DNA of 64,000 bases from an uncultured Gammaproteobacteria bacterium (GCA_963826145.1 CAWGVW010000002.1:1058170-1122169); one strand, 5' to 3'. Shown: positions 1 through 9,932, numbered from the stretch's first letter. Notes: generated from the sequence alone by a model not told the origin. Made by a program: numbers and translations.

Positions 1-1
1 C

Positions 2-1015
2 TACTACAGCGCCGGCGCACGCAAGTTCGGCGCGGACGGCGATTTCATCACCGCGCCTGAGCTCACGCCGCTCTTCGCCGAGTGTGTCGCCGAACAGATT
101 GCCGAAGTCTTCGCAAAGACCGGCGGGCGCGAAATCCTCGAGTTCGGAGCGGGCAGTGGAAGGATGGCTGTTGAGGTCGTGCGAGCACTCGTGGCGCGCG
201 GCGTCGAACCCGAGCGCTATGACATCGTCGAGGTGAGCGCTGATCTCAAGGAGCGCCAGCAGGAGCTCGTGAGTCGATCTCTCGGCGCGCTCGCAGCGCG
301 CGTGCACTGGCTCGAGCGATTGCCCGCGCAGCCGGTGTGCGGCGCGGTGCTCGCCAATGAGGTCCTGGACGCGCTCCCGGTCGAACGCTTTCGCATTGCC
401 GGCGGACGCATCGAGCGGCTGGGTGTTGCGCTCGCCGGCAACGATCTTGCGACGGTTCCGCGCCCGGCCCCACAAGCGCTCGAGGCCGCCGTCCAGGCGC
501 TCCCGATCGTGGACGACGAAGTCTACGAGTCCGAAATCTGTGCACTATTAACGGGCTGGATAGCTGCAGCGTCGCAAGCGCTTGCGCACGGTGTGCTCCT
601 CGTCATGGATTACGGCCTGCCGCGTGCGCAGTATTACCACCCCGATCGGCGTCAGGGGTCGCTCATCTGTCACTTTCGCCACCGCGCGCACTCGGATGCA
701 TTTGCGTACGTGGGGCTTCAGGACCTCACGGCCTGGGTCGACTTCACGGCCGTGGCCGAAGCGGCCGATGCCGCGGGGCTCGACGTACTCGGCTTTACGA
801 CGCAGGCGCAGTTTCTAATGGCGACAGGACTCGATCGAGCACTCGGCACTTTGCTTCGTGGGGCAGACCGGGACCGGCAGGCCATCGTGAACGCGGCGAA
901 CCGCCTGCTGTTGCCGGGCGAGATGGGTGAGGCATTCAAGGTGATGGCGCTCGGCCGTGGCATCGCCGAACCGCTCCAGGGATTTTCGCTGCGCGATCTG
1001 AGGCACACGCTCTAG
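2..1015 (+). CDS. Class I SAM-dependent methyltransferase, MidA/NDUFAF7 (DUF185) family; 5' end cut by window edge
   Basis: The frame is open from nt 2 (YYSAGARKFGADGDFITAPELTPLF...EFGAGSGRMA). The family-typical GDFxTAPE and glycine-rich SAM motifs lie upstream of the first listed Met at 164. Stop at 1015. Confidence 0.8.
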   Translation, partial: YYSAGARKFGADGDFITAPELTPLFAECVAEQIAEVFAKTGGREILEFGAGSGRMAVEVVRALVARGVEPERYDIVEVSADLKERQQELVSRSLGALAARVHWLERLPAQPVCGAVLANEVLDALPVERFRIAGGRIERLGVALAGNDLATVPRPAPQALEAAVQALPIVDDEVYESEICALLTGWIAAASQALAHGVLLVMDYGLPRAQYYHPDRRQGSLICHFRHRAHSDAFAYVGLQDLTAWVDFTAVAEAADAAGLDVLGFTTQAQFLMATGLDRALGTLLRGADRDRQAIVNAANRLLLPGEMGEAFKVMALGRGIAEPLQGFSLRDLRHTL

Positions 1016-1038
1016 CAACGTCTTCATCGAGGTCACTT

Positions 1039-2037
1039 GTGGAGCCGATTCGAGCCATGATCGTCGCTGCGGTCGCCGTGCTTGCACTGCCGGCCGCCGT
1101 GCACGCAGGCGATGAGGAGTTGCTCACCGATCCGCAGCTCCTCGAGTCAGGGCAGCGGCTCTGGCTCCTGACGGCAGGCGCGGAAGCGGACGGCGATGGT
1201 GGATATTTCATCGACGGCAGCGCCGCCCTCTTGCTGCGCGAGACCCGGTCGTTCGCATTGCACGCAAGTTATTCGGACGCCTCGACCCGGAGCGACCAGC
1301 TGACGGCGAGCGCAGTCGATCTCGCGTTCGATCAGGGCTTCGAGCATTGGGGATTTTCCCTGTCGGCGGATTACTGGGAGGATCCCAATCTCGTCGCAAC
1401 CACCGATCTCGGCGGGGCGGTGTCCCTGAAGTGGCAGGGCTGGCGCTTCACGGCGCTCGCCGAGACGCGATCGAGCGATTTCAATTCATTCGCGGTTGCT
1501 GGCGTGATTCCGCGCCCGAACCTGCCGCCAATTGCCGTGACCGGAACCGCCGGCTGCAATCTCGACGGGGTCGCCATCGGCGGACGGATCTCCCTCACCG
1601 GCAAGCGCTGGAGTGGATACCTCGCCGGCAAGAATTACGACTATGGCGACTTCGAGTGCCGCTTCTCGAGCCTTGCAATCGGTGGCGTGACCGTGCGCAC
1701 GGACCGGCTGCGGGCGGTAAGCCCCGCGTTCCTTCAACGCCTGACGCTCAGGGCAACGGCCGCAGGCTTCGCGACCGTGCACCAGGAAACGGTGTTCCTC
1801 GATTCATCGTTGTCGGCCGGCGTCAGCACGGTACGTGGCACTCACACGTATTCGCTCGACTATCAGCATACGCAGGAACTCATCGACCGGCTCGATTCGG
1901 ATACGCTGGTTGGAAGTCTCAGCTTTGCGCTGTCGCGTCGAACGGATCTCGAGGTGCATGTCGGCGTCTTCGACTCGGAGCAGGCGGACACTGTCGGCTT
2001 CGCCGGCGTCACACTCATCGCCTACATCGGCGGCTGA
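1039..2037 (+). CDS. Secreted or outer-membrane protein of unknown function
   Basis: 332-aa ORF with a signal peptide (MIVAAVAVLALPAAVHA/GD). The start could be ATG 1057. Codon bias looks coding. No family recognised. Confidence 0.55.
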   Translation: MEPIRAMIVAAVAVLALPAAVHAGDEELLTDPQLLESGQRLWLLTAGAEADGDGGYFIDGSAALLLRETRSFALHASYSDASTRSDQLTASAVDLAFDQGFEHWGFSLSADYWEDPNLVATTDLGGAVSLKWQGWRFTALAETRSSDFNSFAVAGVIPRPNLPPIAVTGTAGCNLDGVAIGGRISLTGKRWSGYLAGKNYDYGDFECRFSSLAIGGVTVRTDRLRAVSPAFLQRLTLRATAAGFATVHQETVFLDSSLSAGVSTVRGTHTYSLDYQHTQELIDRLDSDTLVGSLSFALSRRTDLEVHVGVFDSEQADTVGFAGVTLIAYIGG

Positions 2038-2040
2038 GTC

Positions 2041-3267
2041 CTACTCGCGGCCGCCCGGATCGCGTCGCACGGCGTCGATGCGCCGGCGGCGCAACTGGTC
2101 GGCGAGCTCCGGCCCCTTGAATCGCTCGAGTTCCTCCGTCGTCGGCACCACCGCGGCCGCGCTCGCTCGCGCTCGCCGTAAGCGATCGGCCTGCGGATAG
2201 GCGCGATCCTCCAACCCCTTGCGTCCGCGCGCGTCCGCTTCGCAGGCGAGCAGCAGTTGTTCGAAGCGCGCGGGCCGGCGCAGCGCATCGGCAGCGTCGA
2301 GGAGGTCGACCGTGGTTGCCGGCCGCAATTCCGCGGCCTGATGAATGACGCCGTGATGGCGGGCAGCAAGCACGGCCACGTCGCGATACTCGTTCGGGAC
2401 CCGGAGCCGGCTGCAAAGTTCGTTCACCAGGCGGACGCTTCGCTCCTCGTGTCCCGCGTGGCTCGGCAGCAGATCGCGCGGTGTTTCCGCTTTGCCGAGA
2501 TCGTGCACGAGCGCCGCGAAGCGCACGACCTTGTCCTTGGAAAGCCGGGCTGCCGCAGCGAGCGCCATCACCGTATGCACCCCCGTGTCGATCTCCGGAT
2601 GCCAGCGCGCTGGCTGCGGGACGCCGTACAGGCGCTCGATCTCCGGAAAGACAATCGCCAGCGCGTTGCTCGCGCGCAGGACCTCGAAGTAGACCGCCGG
2701 ATCCGCTTCGCCGAGCGCCTTCTCCGTTTCCTGCCACACCCGTTCCGGCACGAGCGCATCGAGCTCGCCGTCCGCCGCCATGCGCCGCGCCAGCGCCAGC
2801 GTGTCGTCGCCGACGTGAAAACCAAGCGCCGCATAGCGGGCAGCGAAGCGGGCGAGCCGCAGCACGCGTACCGGGTCTTCGACGAACGCGGCGGACACGT
2901 GGCGGAGGAGTCGATGCTCGAGATCTTCACGGCCGCCGAACGGATCGATCAGCATGCCTTCGGCTGAGCGCGCCATGGCGTTGATCGTCAGATCGCGGCG
3001 GGCGAGATCCTGCTCGAGCGTGACATCGGGAGCGAAGTCGACTGCGAAACCCCGATAGCCCGGAGCGTTCTTGCGCTCGGTGCGCGCGAGCGCGTATTCC
3101 TCGTGGGTCTCGGGATGCAGGAAGACCGGGAAGTCGCGGCCGACCTGTCGGTAGCCGAGCGCCGTCATCGATTCGGGCGTCGCGCCGACGACGACCCAGT
3201 CGCGCTCGGCGACCGCCCGGCCGAGCAGCTCGTCCCGAACGGCGCCGCCTACCAGATACACTTGCAT
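2041..3267 (-). CDS. cca: Multifunctional CCA-adding tRNA nucleotidyltransferase with HD domain
   Basis: N-terminus [17 protein letters not shown], then RDLTINA and an HD-domain region (VHDLGK). 408 aa, typical of proteobacterial Cca. Confidence 0.9.
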   Translation of the reverse strand: MQVYLVGGAVRDELLGRAVAERDWVVVGATPESMTALGYRQVGRDFPVFLHPETHEEYALARTERKNAPGYRGFAVDFAPDVTLEQDLARRDLTINAMARSAEGMLIDPFGGREDLEHRLLRHVSAAFVEDPVRVLRLARFAARYAALGFHVGDDTLALARRMAADGELDALVPERVWQETEKALGEADPAVYFEVLRASNALAIVFPEIERLYGVPQPARWHPEIDTGVHTVMALAAAARLSKDKVVRFAALVHDLGKAETPRDLLPSHAGHEERSVRLVNELCSRLRVPNEYRDVAVLAARHHGVIHQAAELRPATTVDLLDAADALRRPARFEQLLLACEADARGRKGLEDRAYPQADRLRRARASAAAVVPTTEELERFKGPELADQLRRRRIDAVRRDPGGRE

Positions 3268-3312
3268 CGCCAGATACTAACCGAGTTGCAACCTCAGGAG
3301 ACCGAGCGACCC

Positions 3313-4401
3313 ATGGTTGATCCGCCAGCTTCGACGCGGGGCGCAACGGCGGCCGGGTGGCGCCGTCGCCTGCAGATTCTGTCGGGCGCGACGGTGAGCG
3401 TGGCGCTTGCCGGGTGTTACGTGCTGCAGGCGGCACGCGGCCAGGCCTCCATCCTCATGAAGCGCGAACCCATCGATCGCGTGGTCGCGCGGACAAAAAC
3501 GCCAGCCGATGTCCGTACACGTCTCGAGCAGGTGATCGCGATCCGGGAATTCGCATCGAGCGAGCTCGGACTGCCGCGCAACAAGAGCTACACCACCTAT
3601 GCGGACATCGGGCGTGACTACGTCGTCTGGAACGTATTTGCAGCGCCTGAGTTTTCCGTCGATCCGAAACTCTGGTGCTTCCCGATCGCCGGCTGTGTGC
3701 CCTATCGCGGCTATTTTTCCGAAAAGTCGGCGCGCAGCTTTGCCGAGAAGCTGCGGGGCAAAGGCCTCGACGTGCACGTAGGTGGGGCCACGGCCTATTC
3801 GACGCTTGGACATTTTTCGGATCCGGTCCTCTCCAGCATGGTTCGCTACGGCGATGTGAACCTCGCGAGCATTATCTTTCACGAGCTTGCGCACCAACGG
3901 GTATACGTGCCGGACGACTCCGCGTTCAACGAAGCCTTTGCGACCGCGGTCGAGCAGGAAGGGGTGCGGCGCTGGCTGTCATCCGAAAACCGGCCGGGGG
4001 ATCTCGATCTGTTCAATGCGAGGCGCGGGCACCTGGTGATCGTTAATGGCGATCTTGCCGCGACGCGGGATCTCCTGCGCGGGACATATAAGAGAGTGAA
4101 CGGCACGGCGGAAGGAGCGGAAGCCGCGCGAGCGGAGAAGCAACTCGCGTTTTCGACGCTGGCCGAGCGGCTCGGCCAGCTGTCTGTGCAGTGGAATGAC
4201 GGCGTGAATTACCGCGACTGGTTTGCCAGCGACCTCAACAACGCGCGTCTCGCGGCGGTTGCAACATATTTCGATTGTGTGCCGGGGTTCGATCGACTGC
4301 TCGCGCAAAGCGGCGGCGACCTGGAAGCGTTCTACCGGCGCGTCGGCGAGCTCGCGAAGCGGCCGGCACCCGAACGGCGCGCCGCCGTCTGCAATAACTA
4401 G
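3313..4401 (+). CDS. Predicted zinc aminopeptidase (DUF2265/COG4324-like) lipoprotein
   Basis: ATG at 3313 avoids overlap with cca. Lipobox-like VALAGC and an HExxH motif (FHELAHQ). The ORF-track start at 3103 overlaps cca and was not used. Confidence 0.7.
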   Translation: MVDPPASTRGATAAGWRRRLQILSGATVSVALAGCYVLQAARGQASILMKREPIDRVVARTKTPADVRTRLEQVIAIREFASSELGLPRNKSYTTYADIGRDYVVWNVFAAPEFSVDPKLWCFPIAGCVPYRGYFSEKSARSFAEKLRGKGLDVHVGGATAYSTLGHFSDPVLSSMVRYGDVNLASIIFHELAHQRVYVPDDSAFNEAFATAVEQEGVRRWLSSENRPGDLDLFNARRGHLVIVNGDLAATRDLLRGTYKRVNGTAEGAEAARAEKQLAFSTLAERLGQLSVQWNDGVNYRDWFASDLNNARLAAVATYFDCVPGFDRLLAQSGGDLEAFYRRVGELAKRPAPERRAAVCNN

Positions 4402-4409
4402 TAGAGCCG

Positions 4410-5750
4410 TCAGCGGACGACGATCAGGAGCGCGCGGCCGCCGCGGCGGACGTCGAGCCAGAGCGCGCGAGCGTCCTTCGCCTGGTCGCGCAGCTCCTTC
4501 ACTTTGGAGACATGTGCGCGGTTGACGGCGACGATCACATCGTTCGGCCGCAATCCGGCCTGCGCCGCAAGGCTCGTCTCGTCGACCGCCTTCACCAGCA
4601 CGCCGCCTTCGCCGTCGACGAGTTCGGTGCCCGCAAGGCCACGGGGAATGGGCGTGTTGTCAGCCGTCTGGGTTTCGGAAGCTTCCGTAATCGTCGCCAT
4701 GAGCTTGCGTGTCTTGCCTTCGCGCAGCAGGCTGATCTCGACCTGGTCGCCCGCGCGCAGCAGGCCGATCGCGTTTCTCAGCTCCGCGGCGGTCTTGACC
4801 GGCTGCGCGTTGACGGACGTGATGACATCGCCCGTCTTGATGCCGGCGGCTTCGGCGGTCGAGCCTTCGATCACCTGCGACACAACGGCGCCATGCACGC
4901 CCGAGACGCCGAGGTTCTCGGCGTCGTCGGGCGTCATCGTATAGATGTTCACGCCAAGCAGGCCGCGCTTCACGGCTCCGTACTTGAGGAGCTGGTCGTA
5001 GATCGTGCGGACCATGTTCACGGGTATCGCGAAACCGATGCCCGAGTTGTCGCCGGTGCGCGAAAGGATCGCGGTATTGATGCCGACGAGTTCGCCCTTG
5101 AGGTTGACGAGGGCGCCGCCAGAGTTGCCCATGTTGATGGACGCATCCGTCTGGATGAAGTCCTCGAAGTTCTCCGGGTTGATGCCCGAGCGGCCAAGCG
5201 CGCTCACGATGCCGGAGGTGACCGTGTGCTGCAGGCCGAAGGGATTGCCGATTGCGACGACGTAGTCGCCGACTTCGAGCTTCGATGAGTCACCGAGCGG
5301 AATCTGCACGAGATTCGGCGACTTCACCTGCAGCAGCGCGATGTCCGAGAGGACGTCGCGCGCCTTGACCTGCGCGGGAACCTGCCGGTCGTCGGCGAGA
5401 GTGACAATGATATCCGTCGCGCCTTCAACGACGTGCGCGTTGGTGATGATGTAGCCATTGACCGCATCGACGATGACGCCGGAGCCCGCGCCGCGAAACG
5501 GACGCGTGCCGGGTTCTTCGTAGAGGGGATTGACGGGCGCTGCCAGCGGAACCGTGCCGGACACCGTGACGTAGACAACGGCCGGCGCGGCACGCTTGAT
5601 CATCGGCGACAGCGAGGGGACCTGGGATTCCTGCTGCAGTTGCGCGACCGGTGGCGGCGCCTTCTTCTGCTGAGCGGCGCCAGCGGCGACGCTCAGCTGC
5701 GAAATGCTGAGCCCAAGGCTCGCGAGCAGGGCGATCGTGCTGGTTCTCAT
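4410..5750 (-). CDS. Do/DegP/HtrA-family periplasmic serine endoprotease with two PDZ domains
   Basis: Signal peptide from Met at 5750 (MRTSTIALLASLGLS). Catalytic motifs TNAHVV, DIALL and GNSGGAL, followed by two PDZ-like regions. Confidence 0.9.
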   Translation of the reverse strand: MRTSTIALLASLGLSISQLSVAAGAAQQKKAPPPVAQLQQESQVPSLSPMIKRAAPAVVYVTVSGTVPLAAPVNPLYEEPGTRPFRGAGSGVIVDAVNGYIITNAHVVEGATDIIVTLADDRQVPAQVKARDVLSDIALLQVKSPNLVQIPLGDSSKLEVGDYVVAIGNPFGLQHTVTSGIVSALGRSGINPENFEDFIQTDASINMGNSGGALVNLKGELVGINTAILSRTGDNSGIGFAIPVNMVRTIYDQLLKYGAVKRGLLGVNIYTMTPDDAENLGVSGVHGAVVSQVIEGSTAEAAGIKTGDVITSVNAQPVKTAAELRNAIGLLRAGDQVEISLLREGKTRKLMATITEASETQTADNTPIPRGLAGTELVDGEGGVLVKAVDETSLAAQAGLRPNDVIVAVNRAHVSKVKELRDQAKDARALWLDVRRGGRALLIVVR

Positions 5751-5799
5751 TTCGGCATCCCAGGGGCGGGGACGGCAATTGTACGGGAACGCCGAACGG

Positions 5800-5832
5800 C
5801 CGCGCGCGGGCGGGGAATATGCCCGCGCGCGG
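5800..5832 (-). terminator. GC-rich hairpin downstream of hsp20 (possible terminator)
   Basis: CCGCGCGCGGGC-N9-GCCCGCGCGCGG lies about 20 nt after the hsp20 stop. There is no clear U-tract, so function is uncertain. Confidence 0.3.
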
Positions 5833-5851
5833 CCTCGCAGCATGCCGGTCG

Positions 5852-6295
5852 TCAGGCCGCCGCGACCTTGATGCGACGGGGCTGAACCTGAGGCTGCTTC
5901 GGGATGCGCACCTCGAGTACGCCGTTCGCGTACTTGGCCTCGACTGCGTCCTGGGCGGCGGCATCGGGCAGGCTGAAGCGGCGGAAGAACTGGCCGCTGA
6001 CGCGCTCGACGCGGCGGTAACCGTCCTGCTCTTCACGGGCTTCCGACTTGCGCTGACCGCGAATCGCGAGAATGCCCTTCTCGAGGGTCACGTCGATGTC
6101 CTTCGGGTCGACGCCCGGCACATCGGCGTGAATTACGAAGCCGTCGGCCTCCTCTTTGATGTCCACGGCCGGCAGCCAGTCGCTGGTGACAGCGGAAGTA
6201 TCGTCCGCGAGCGCGGCAGAGCTGCCGAGCAGGCGGTCGAGGTCTCGATGCAGGCGGTTGACGAAGCCGAATGGCTCATAGCGAATGACGTTCAT
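5852..6295 (-). CDS. Hsp20/alpha-crystallin family small heat-shock protein
   Basis: 147 aa with an alpha-crystallin domain (AVDIKEEADGFVIHADVPGVDPKDIDVTLEKGILAIRGQR). GGAGGA Shine-Dalgarno upstream. Confidence 0.9.
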   Translation of the reverse strand: MNVIRYEPFGFVNRLHRDLDRLLGSSAALADDTSAVTSDWLPAVDIKEEADGFVIHADVPGVDPKDIDVTLEKGILAIRGQRKSEAREEQDGYRRVERVSGQFFRRFSLPDAAAQDAVEAKYANGVLEVRIPKQPQVQPRRIKVAAA

Positions 6296-6348
6296 GGGTT
6301 CTTCCTCCAGAAAGTTTTTGAGAGCGGTCGGCTCTCGACGGAAGCACT

Positions 6349-6377
6349 AGCTATGGCCGGGCAAATGCATTTCAACG
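6349..6377 (-). promoter_or_regulatory. Candidate sigma-32 promoter for hsp20
   Basis: The minus strand reads GTTGAAA-N13-CCATAGCT. The sigma-32 consensus is CTTGAAA-N13-15-CCCCATnT. Confidence 0.4.
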
Positions 6378-6620
6378 GCAGGGATTGCGCGCAAATTTCC
6401 GCGTCCGGTGGACAAGCTGTGCATCGCCTGTGTGATTTCGGTGAACACAATATCTTGCGAGGCGCCTTGACAGGCGCTTTCGGCCGGCGTCGCAAGGGCA
6501 GTCAGGCAATTTCTCAGTAGAATATTGTAAGTATCTGAATGAACGACCGTTTTTAGACCCGTTTTAGACCGAAAAAAATCTTGACGAAGTTGCGGCGCGA
6601 GGAATACGCTTGCGCCCCTG

Positions 6621-6636
6621 ACACAAGATGTTGTGG
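6621..6636 (+). promoter_or_regulatory. NrdR-box-like palindrome in the nrdJ upstream region
   Basis: ACACAAGATGTTGTGG resembles the NrdR consensus acaCwAtATaTwGtgt. It lies just downstream of a TTGACG -35-like hexamer (6581-6586). No convincing second box was found. Confidence 0.35.
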
Positions 6637-6941
6637 TCCCGTTGCAGACCACCACAGCTCGAGTCAGGGAGCTCGATGGATGATTTGCAGGTCGAAGCTC
6701 GCTCATTCGTCGCCATATTTCTTCGAAGAGTCTTTAGAAAACGAGTCGATGAACGCCCGGTTGGTGTGTGGACCTCGCGCTAACGTCGCTTGCGGCAAGA
6801 CGCCTTGCGGCAACACGAAGATAGAAATCGGACCAGAGAAAATCCGGCTGAAGTGACCCAGTTCGAACGACTAGGGATGGACGCACCGCCCCTCGGGCGC
6901 CGTTCTTTTCGCAATTTTTTTTGGGGAGTGTCGGCAAGAAA

Positions 6942-9089
6942 ATGAATAGCGTCGTCAAACTCGATCCTCACGATGTGACGAGCATTCCTTACCAGGAAGC
7001 CTCGCTCGACATCTGGGATAAGAAGTATCGCCTCTCGGCCAAGGACGGAACGCCTATCGACAAGACGATGGACGATACCTACAAGCGCGTGGCGCGCTCG
7101 CTCTCGGAAGTGGAGAGCGAGGAATTGCGCGAACAGTGCTATGAGCGTTTCCTCTGGGCGCTGCGCAAGGGCGCGATCCCGGCGGGCCGCATCACCTCGA
7201 ACGCCGGTGCACTCGAGCACAAGCCGGCGACCTCGACCATCAACTGCACCGTCTCTGGCACGGTGCGCGATTCGATGGACGATATTCTCAACAAGGTGCA
7301 CGAGGCCGGCCTCACTCTGAAAGCGGGCTGCGGCATCGGCTACGAATTTTCGACGCTGCGTCCGCGCGGCGCCTACGTGTCGGGAGCGGGGGCCTACACC
7401 TCGGGTCCGCTCTCCTTCATGGATATCTACGACAAGATGTGTTTCACCGTGTCCTCGGCCGGCGGCCGGCGGGGCGCGCAGATGGGCACGTTCGACATCG
7501 GCCATCCGGACGCGATGGAGTTCATCCGCGCGAAGCGCGAGAACGGTCGGCTGCGCCAGTTCAACCTCTCGCTCCTCGTCACCGACGAGTTCATGCAGGC
7601 CGTGCGCACGGACACCGACTGGCAGCTCGCCTTCCCGGTAAGCCGCAAGGAAGTCGAACAGGATAGCCCCGATCTCAACGATCCGGCGAAGTACGTCTGG
7701 CGCGAATGGCCCTCGCACGACGGCTACATCGCGAACGAGCAGGGGCTCGTCGCCTGCAAGATCTACAAGAGCCTGCCGGCGCGGCGCCTGTGGGACGTCA
7801 TCATGACGTCGACCTACGATTTTGCGGAGCCCGGGTTCGTCCTCATTGACCGGGTCAATGAGATGAACAACAACTGGTTCTGCGAAAACATCCGCGCGAC
7901 GAATCCCTGCGGCGAGCAGCCACTGCCGCCATATGGCTCGTGCCTGCTGGGCTCGGTGAATCTCACGAACTTCGTGCTCGATCCCTTCACCGTGGACGCG
8001 CGCTTCGACTGGGAGACCTACCGGGAAGTGGTGCGCATCTTCACGCGCATGCTCGACAACGTGGTCGAGATCAACGGGCTCCCGCTCGAGCGCCAGCGGG
8101 AGGAAATCCACCGCAAGCGTCGCCACGGCATGGGGTTCCTCGGTCTCGGCTCGACGATCACGATGCTCGGCCTGCGCTATGGATCGAAGGAGTCGGTCGC
8201 CTTCACCGAGGAAGTCACGCGCGAGATGGCGGTCGCAGGCTGGCAAACCGCGCTCGACCTGGCCCGGGAGAAGGGTCCCGCGCCGATCATGAACGAGGAG
8301 TTCACCGTCACGGCCGAGATGCTGCGCAAGCGCCCCGAAATGGTGAAGGACGGCTGGAAGGTCGGCACACGCATTCCGGGCCGCGTGCTGCACGCGAAGT
8401 ACAGCCGCTACATGCAGCGTCTCGCGACCGTCGTGCCGGAGCTCGTGCACGAGCTGGCCGAGGTCGGCGCGCGCTTCACGCATCACACCTCGATTGCGCC
8501 GACCGGCACCATCTCGCTGTCGCTCGCCAACAATGCGTCGAACGGTATTGAACCGTCGTTCGCGCACCACTATTTCCGCAACGTCATCCGCCCGGGCCGC
8601 AAGACGAAGGAGAAGATCGACGTCTTCTCCTTCGAGCTCCTCGCGTACCGGGAGCTCGTGAATCCGCGCGCGATGCCGGGCGCGACCGCGGGCGCGGAGA
8701 AGTTGCCGGACTACTTCAGCGCCGCGGACGAAGTCTCGCCTTGCGAACACGTCGATATCCAGGCGGCCGCGCAGAAGTGGGTGGATTCGTCGATCTCGAA
8801 GACGGCGAACGTGCCGACCGACTACAAGTACGAGGACTTCAAGCACATCTACATGTACGCCTTTGAGCAGGGGCTCAAGGGCTGCACGACGTTCCGGTTC
8901 AACCCGGAGGCGTTCCAGGGCGTGCTCGTGAAGGAAGAGGACCTGAAGAACACGACCTACAAGTTCACGCTGGAAGATGGCACGGAGATCGAAGCGAGGG
9001 GCGATGAGGTCATCGAGTACGACGGTGAAACACACACCGCGGCGAACCTCTTCGATGCAATGAAAGAAGGCTACTACGGAAAGTTCTGA
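6942..9089 (+). CDS. nrdJ: Class II (adenosylcobalamin-dependent) ribonucleotide reductase, large N-terminal polypeptide
   Basis: Active-site motifs NPCGEQPL and TSIAPTGTISL. About 715 aa from ATG 6942. Followed 13 nt later by the separate C-terminal polypeptide. Confidence 0.9.
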   Translation: MNSVVKLDPHDVTSIPYQEASLDIWDKKYRLSAKDGTPIDKTMDDTYKRVARSLSEVESEELREQCYERFLWALRKGAIPAGRITSNAGALEHKPATSTINCTVSGTVRDSMDDILNKVHEAGLTLKAGCGIGYEFSTLRPRGAYVSGAGAYTSGPLSFMDIYDKMCFTVSSAGGRRGAQMGTFDIGHPDAMEFIRAKRENGRLRQFNLSLLVTDEFMQAVRTDTDWQLAFPVSRKEVEQDSPDLNDPAKYVWREWPSHDGYIANEQGLVACKIYKSLPARRLWDVIMTSTYDFAEPGFVLIDRVNEMNNNWFCENIRATNPCGEQPLPPYGSCLLGSVNLTNFVLDPFTVDARFDWETYREVVRIFTRMLDNVVEINGLPLERQREEIHRKRRHGMGFLGLGSTITMLGLRYGSKESVAFTEEVTREMAVAGWQTALDLAREKGPAPIMNEEFTVTAEMLRKRPEMVKDGWKVGTRIPGRVLHAKYSRYMQRLATVVPELVHELAEVGARFTHHTSIAPTGTISLSLANNASNGIEPSFAHHYFRNVIRPGRKTKEKIDVFSFELLAYRELVNPRAMPGATAGAEKLPDYFSAADEVSPCEHVDIQAAAQKWVDSSISKTANVPTDYKYEDFKHIYMYAFEQGLKGCTTFRFNPEAFQGVLVKEEDLKNTTYKFTLEDGTEIEARGDEVIEYDGETHTAANLFDAMKEGYYGKF

Positions 9090-9102
9090 AAAAGTGGATC
9101 CT

Positions 9103-9801
9103 ATGAGCGCCATCAAGATCGACAAGAAGATCGTCAAGTACAAGGTCAACAGGCCGGAGGAGAAGCCGCGCGCGGAAGCGCGAGAGGCGCAGCCGGCGAA
9201 GGCCGAAGTCATCCGGATGCACGAGAAGCTCGAGCGTCCGGAGGTCCTGATCGGCTCGACCTACAAGATCAAGACGCCGGTGTCGGATCACGCCATGTAC
9301 GTGACGATCAATGACATCGTGCTGAACGAAGGCACGGAGCACGAGCAGCGGCGTCCGTTCGAGGTCTTCATCAATTCGAAGAACCTCGATCACTTCCAGT
9401 GGATCGTCGCGCTCACGCGCATCATCTCGGCGGTGTTCCGCAAGGGCGGCGACGTCACTTTCCTGGTGGACGAGCTGAAGGCGGTGTTCGATCCGCGCGG
9501 CGGCTACTGGCAGGCGGGCGGCAAGTTCATGCCCTCGATCATCGCGGAGCTCGGCTACGTGATCGAGAGGCACCTGCAGACCATTGGGCTCTTGGCCAAG
9601 CCCGTGATGGATGAGCACCGGCAGAAACTGATCGACGAGAAGCGCGCCGAGTTCGAGGCGCGGCGCAAGCAGACGGACGCTTTTGCGAAGTCACATTACC
9701 CCGAGGGCGCGCAGCTCTGCGCAAAGTGCAGCACGGCCGCCGTCGTCATGATGGATGGCTGCATGACCTGTCTCGCCTGCGGCGATTCGAAATGCGGTTG
9801 A
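9103..9801 (+). CDS. nrdJ: Class II ribonucleotide reductase C-terminal polypeptide (NrdJb-like) with Cys-rich tail
   Basis: 232 aa. C-terminal CAKCSTAAVVMMDGCMTCLACGDSKCG. The size and split arrangement resemble P. aeruginosa nrdJa/nrdJb. Confidence 0.8.
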   Translation: MSAIKIDKKIVKYKVNRPEEKPRAEAREAQPAKAEVIRMHEKLERPEVLIGSTYKIKTPVSDHAMYVTINDIVLNEGTEHEQRRPFEVFINSKNLDHFQWIVALTRIISAVFRKGGDVTFLVDELKAVFDPRGGYWQAGGKFMPSIIAELGYVIERHLQTIGLLAKPVMDEHRQKLIDEKRAEFEARRKQTDAFAKSHYPEGAQLCAKCSTAAVVMMDGCMTCLACGDSKCG

Positions 9802-9903
9802 GGGATCGAAGCGAGCCTTAAGGCACCAACCAATCTGCTTTTTGCGCGCCACTCTGGGTTCCCCGCCCAGTTCCCGCCCTGATGGGACCGGCACGCGACT
9901 CTC

Positions 9904-9932
9904 AAGGCAGCCTCCGGGCTGCCTTGTTTTTT
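9904..9932 (+). terminator. Rho-independent terminator of nrdJab
   Basis: AAGGCAGCC-TCCG-GGCTGCCTT followed by GTTTTTT. Confidence 0.85.

Noticed and set aside
6547-6570. Direct repeats as a possible CRISPR or iteron array
   Set aside because: There are only two adjacent 11-12-nt units with no spacers and no cas or rep genes. They are treated as a possible regulator site instead.
6648-6667. Second NrdR box at the expected spacing of about 31 nt
   Set aside because: The sequence there (ACCACCACAGCTCGAGTCAG) matches the 16-nt consensus at only a few positions. Only one box is reported, at low confidence.
6640-6941. Cobalamin riboswitch in the nrdJ leader
   Set aside because: No B12 box (AGYCMGGAGACC-like) and no GGGAA...GGTG.AA.TCC core is present. 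The btuB leader in the same window shows all of these clearly.
6780-9212. 810-aa ORF antisense to nrdJa/nrdJb
   Set aside because: It is Arg/Ala/Gly/His-rich with no recognisable motifs. The opposite strand encodes a clearly recognisable class II RNR. This is a typical open antisense frame in GC-rich DNA.
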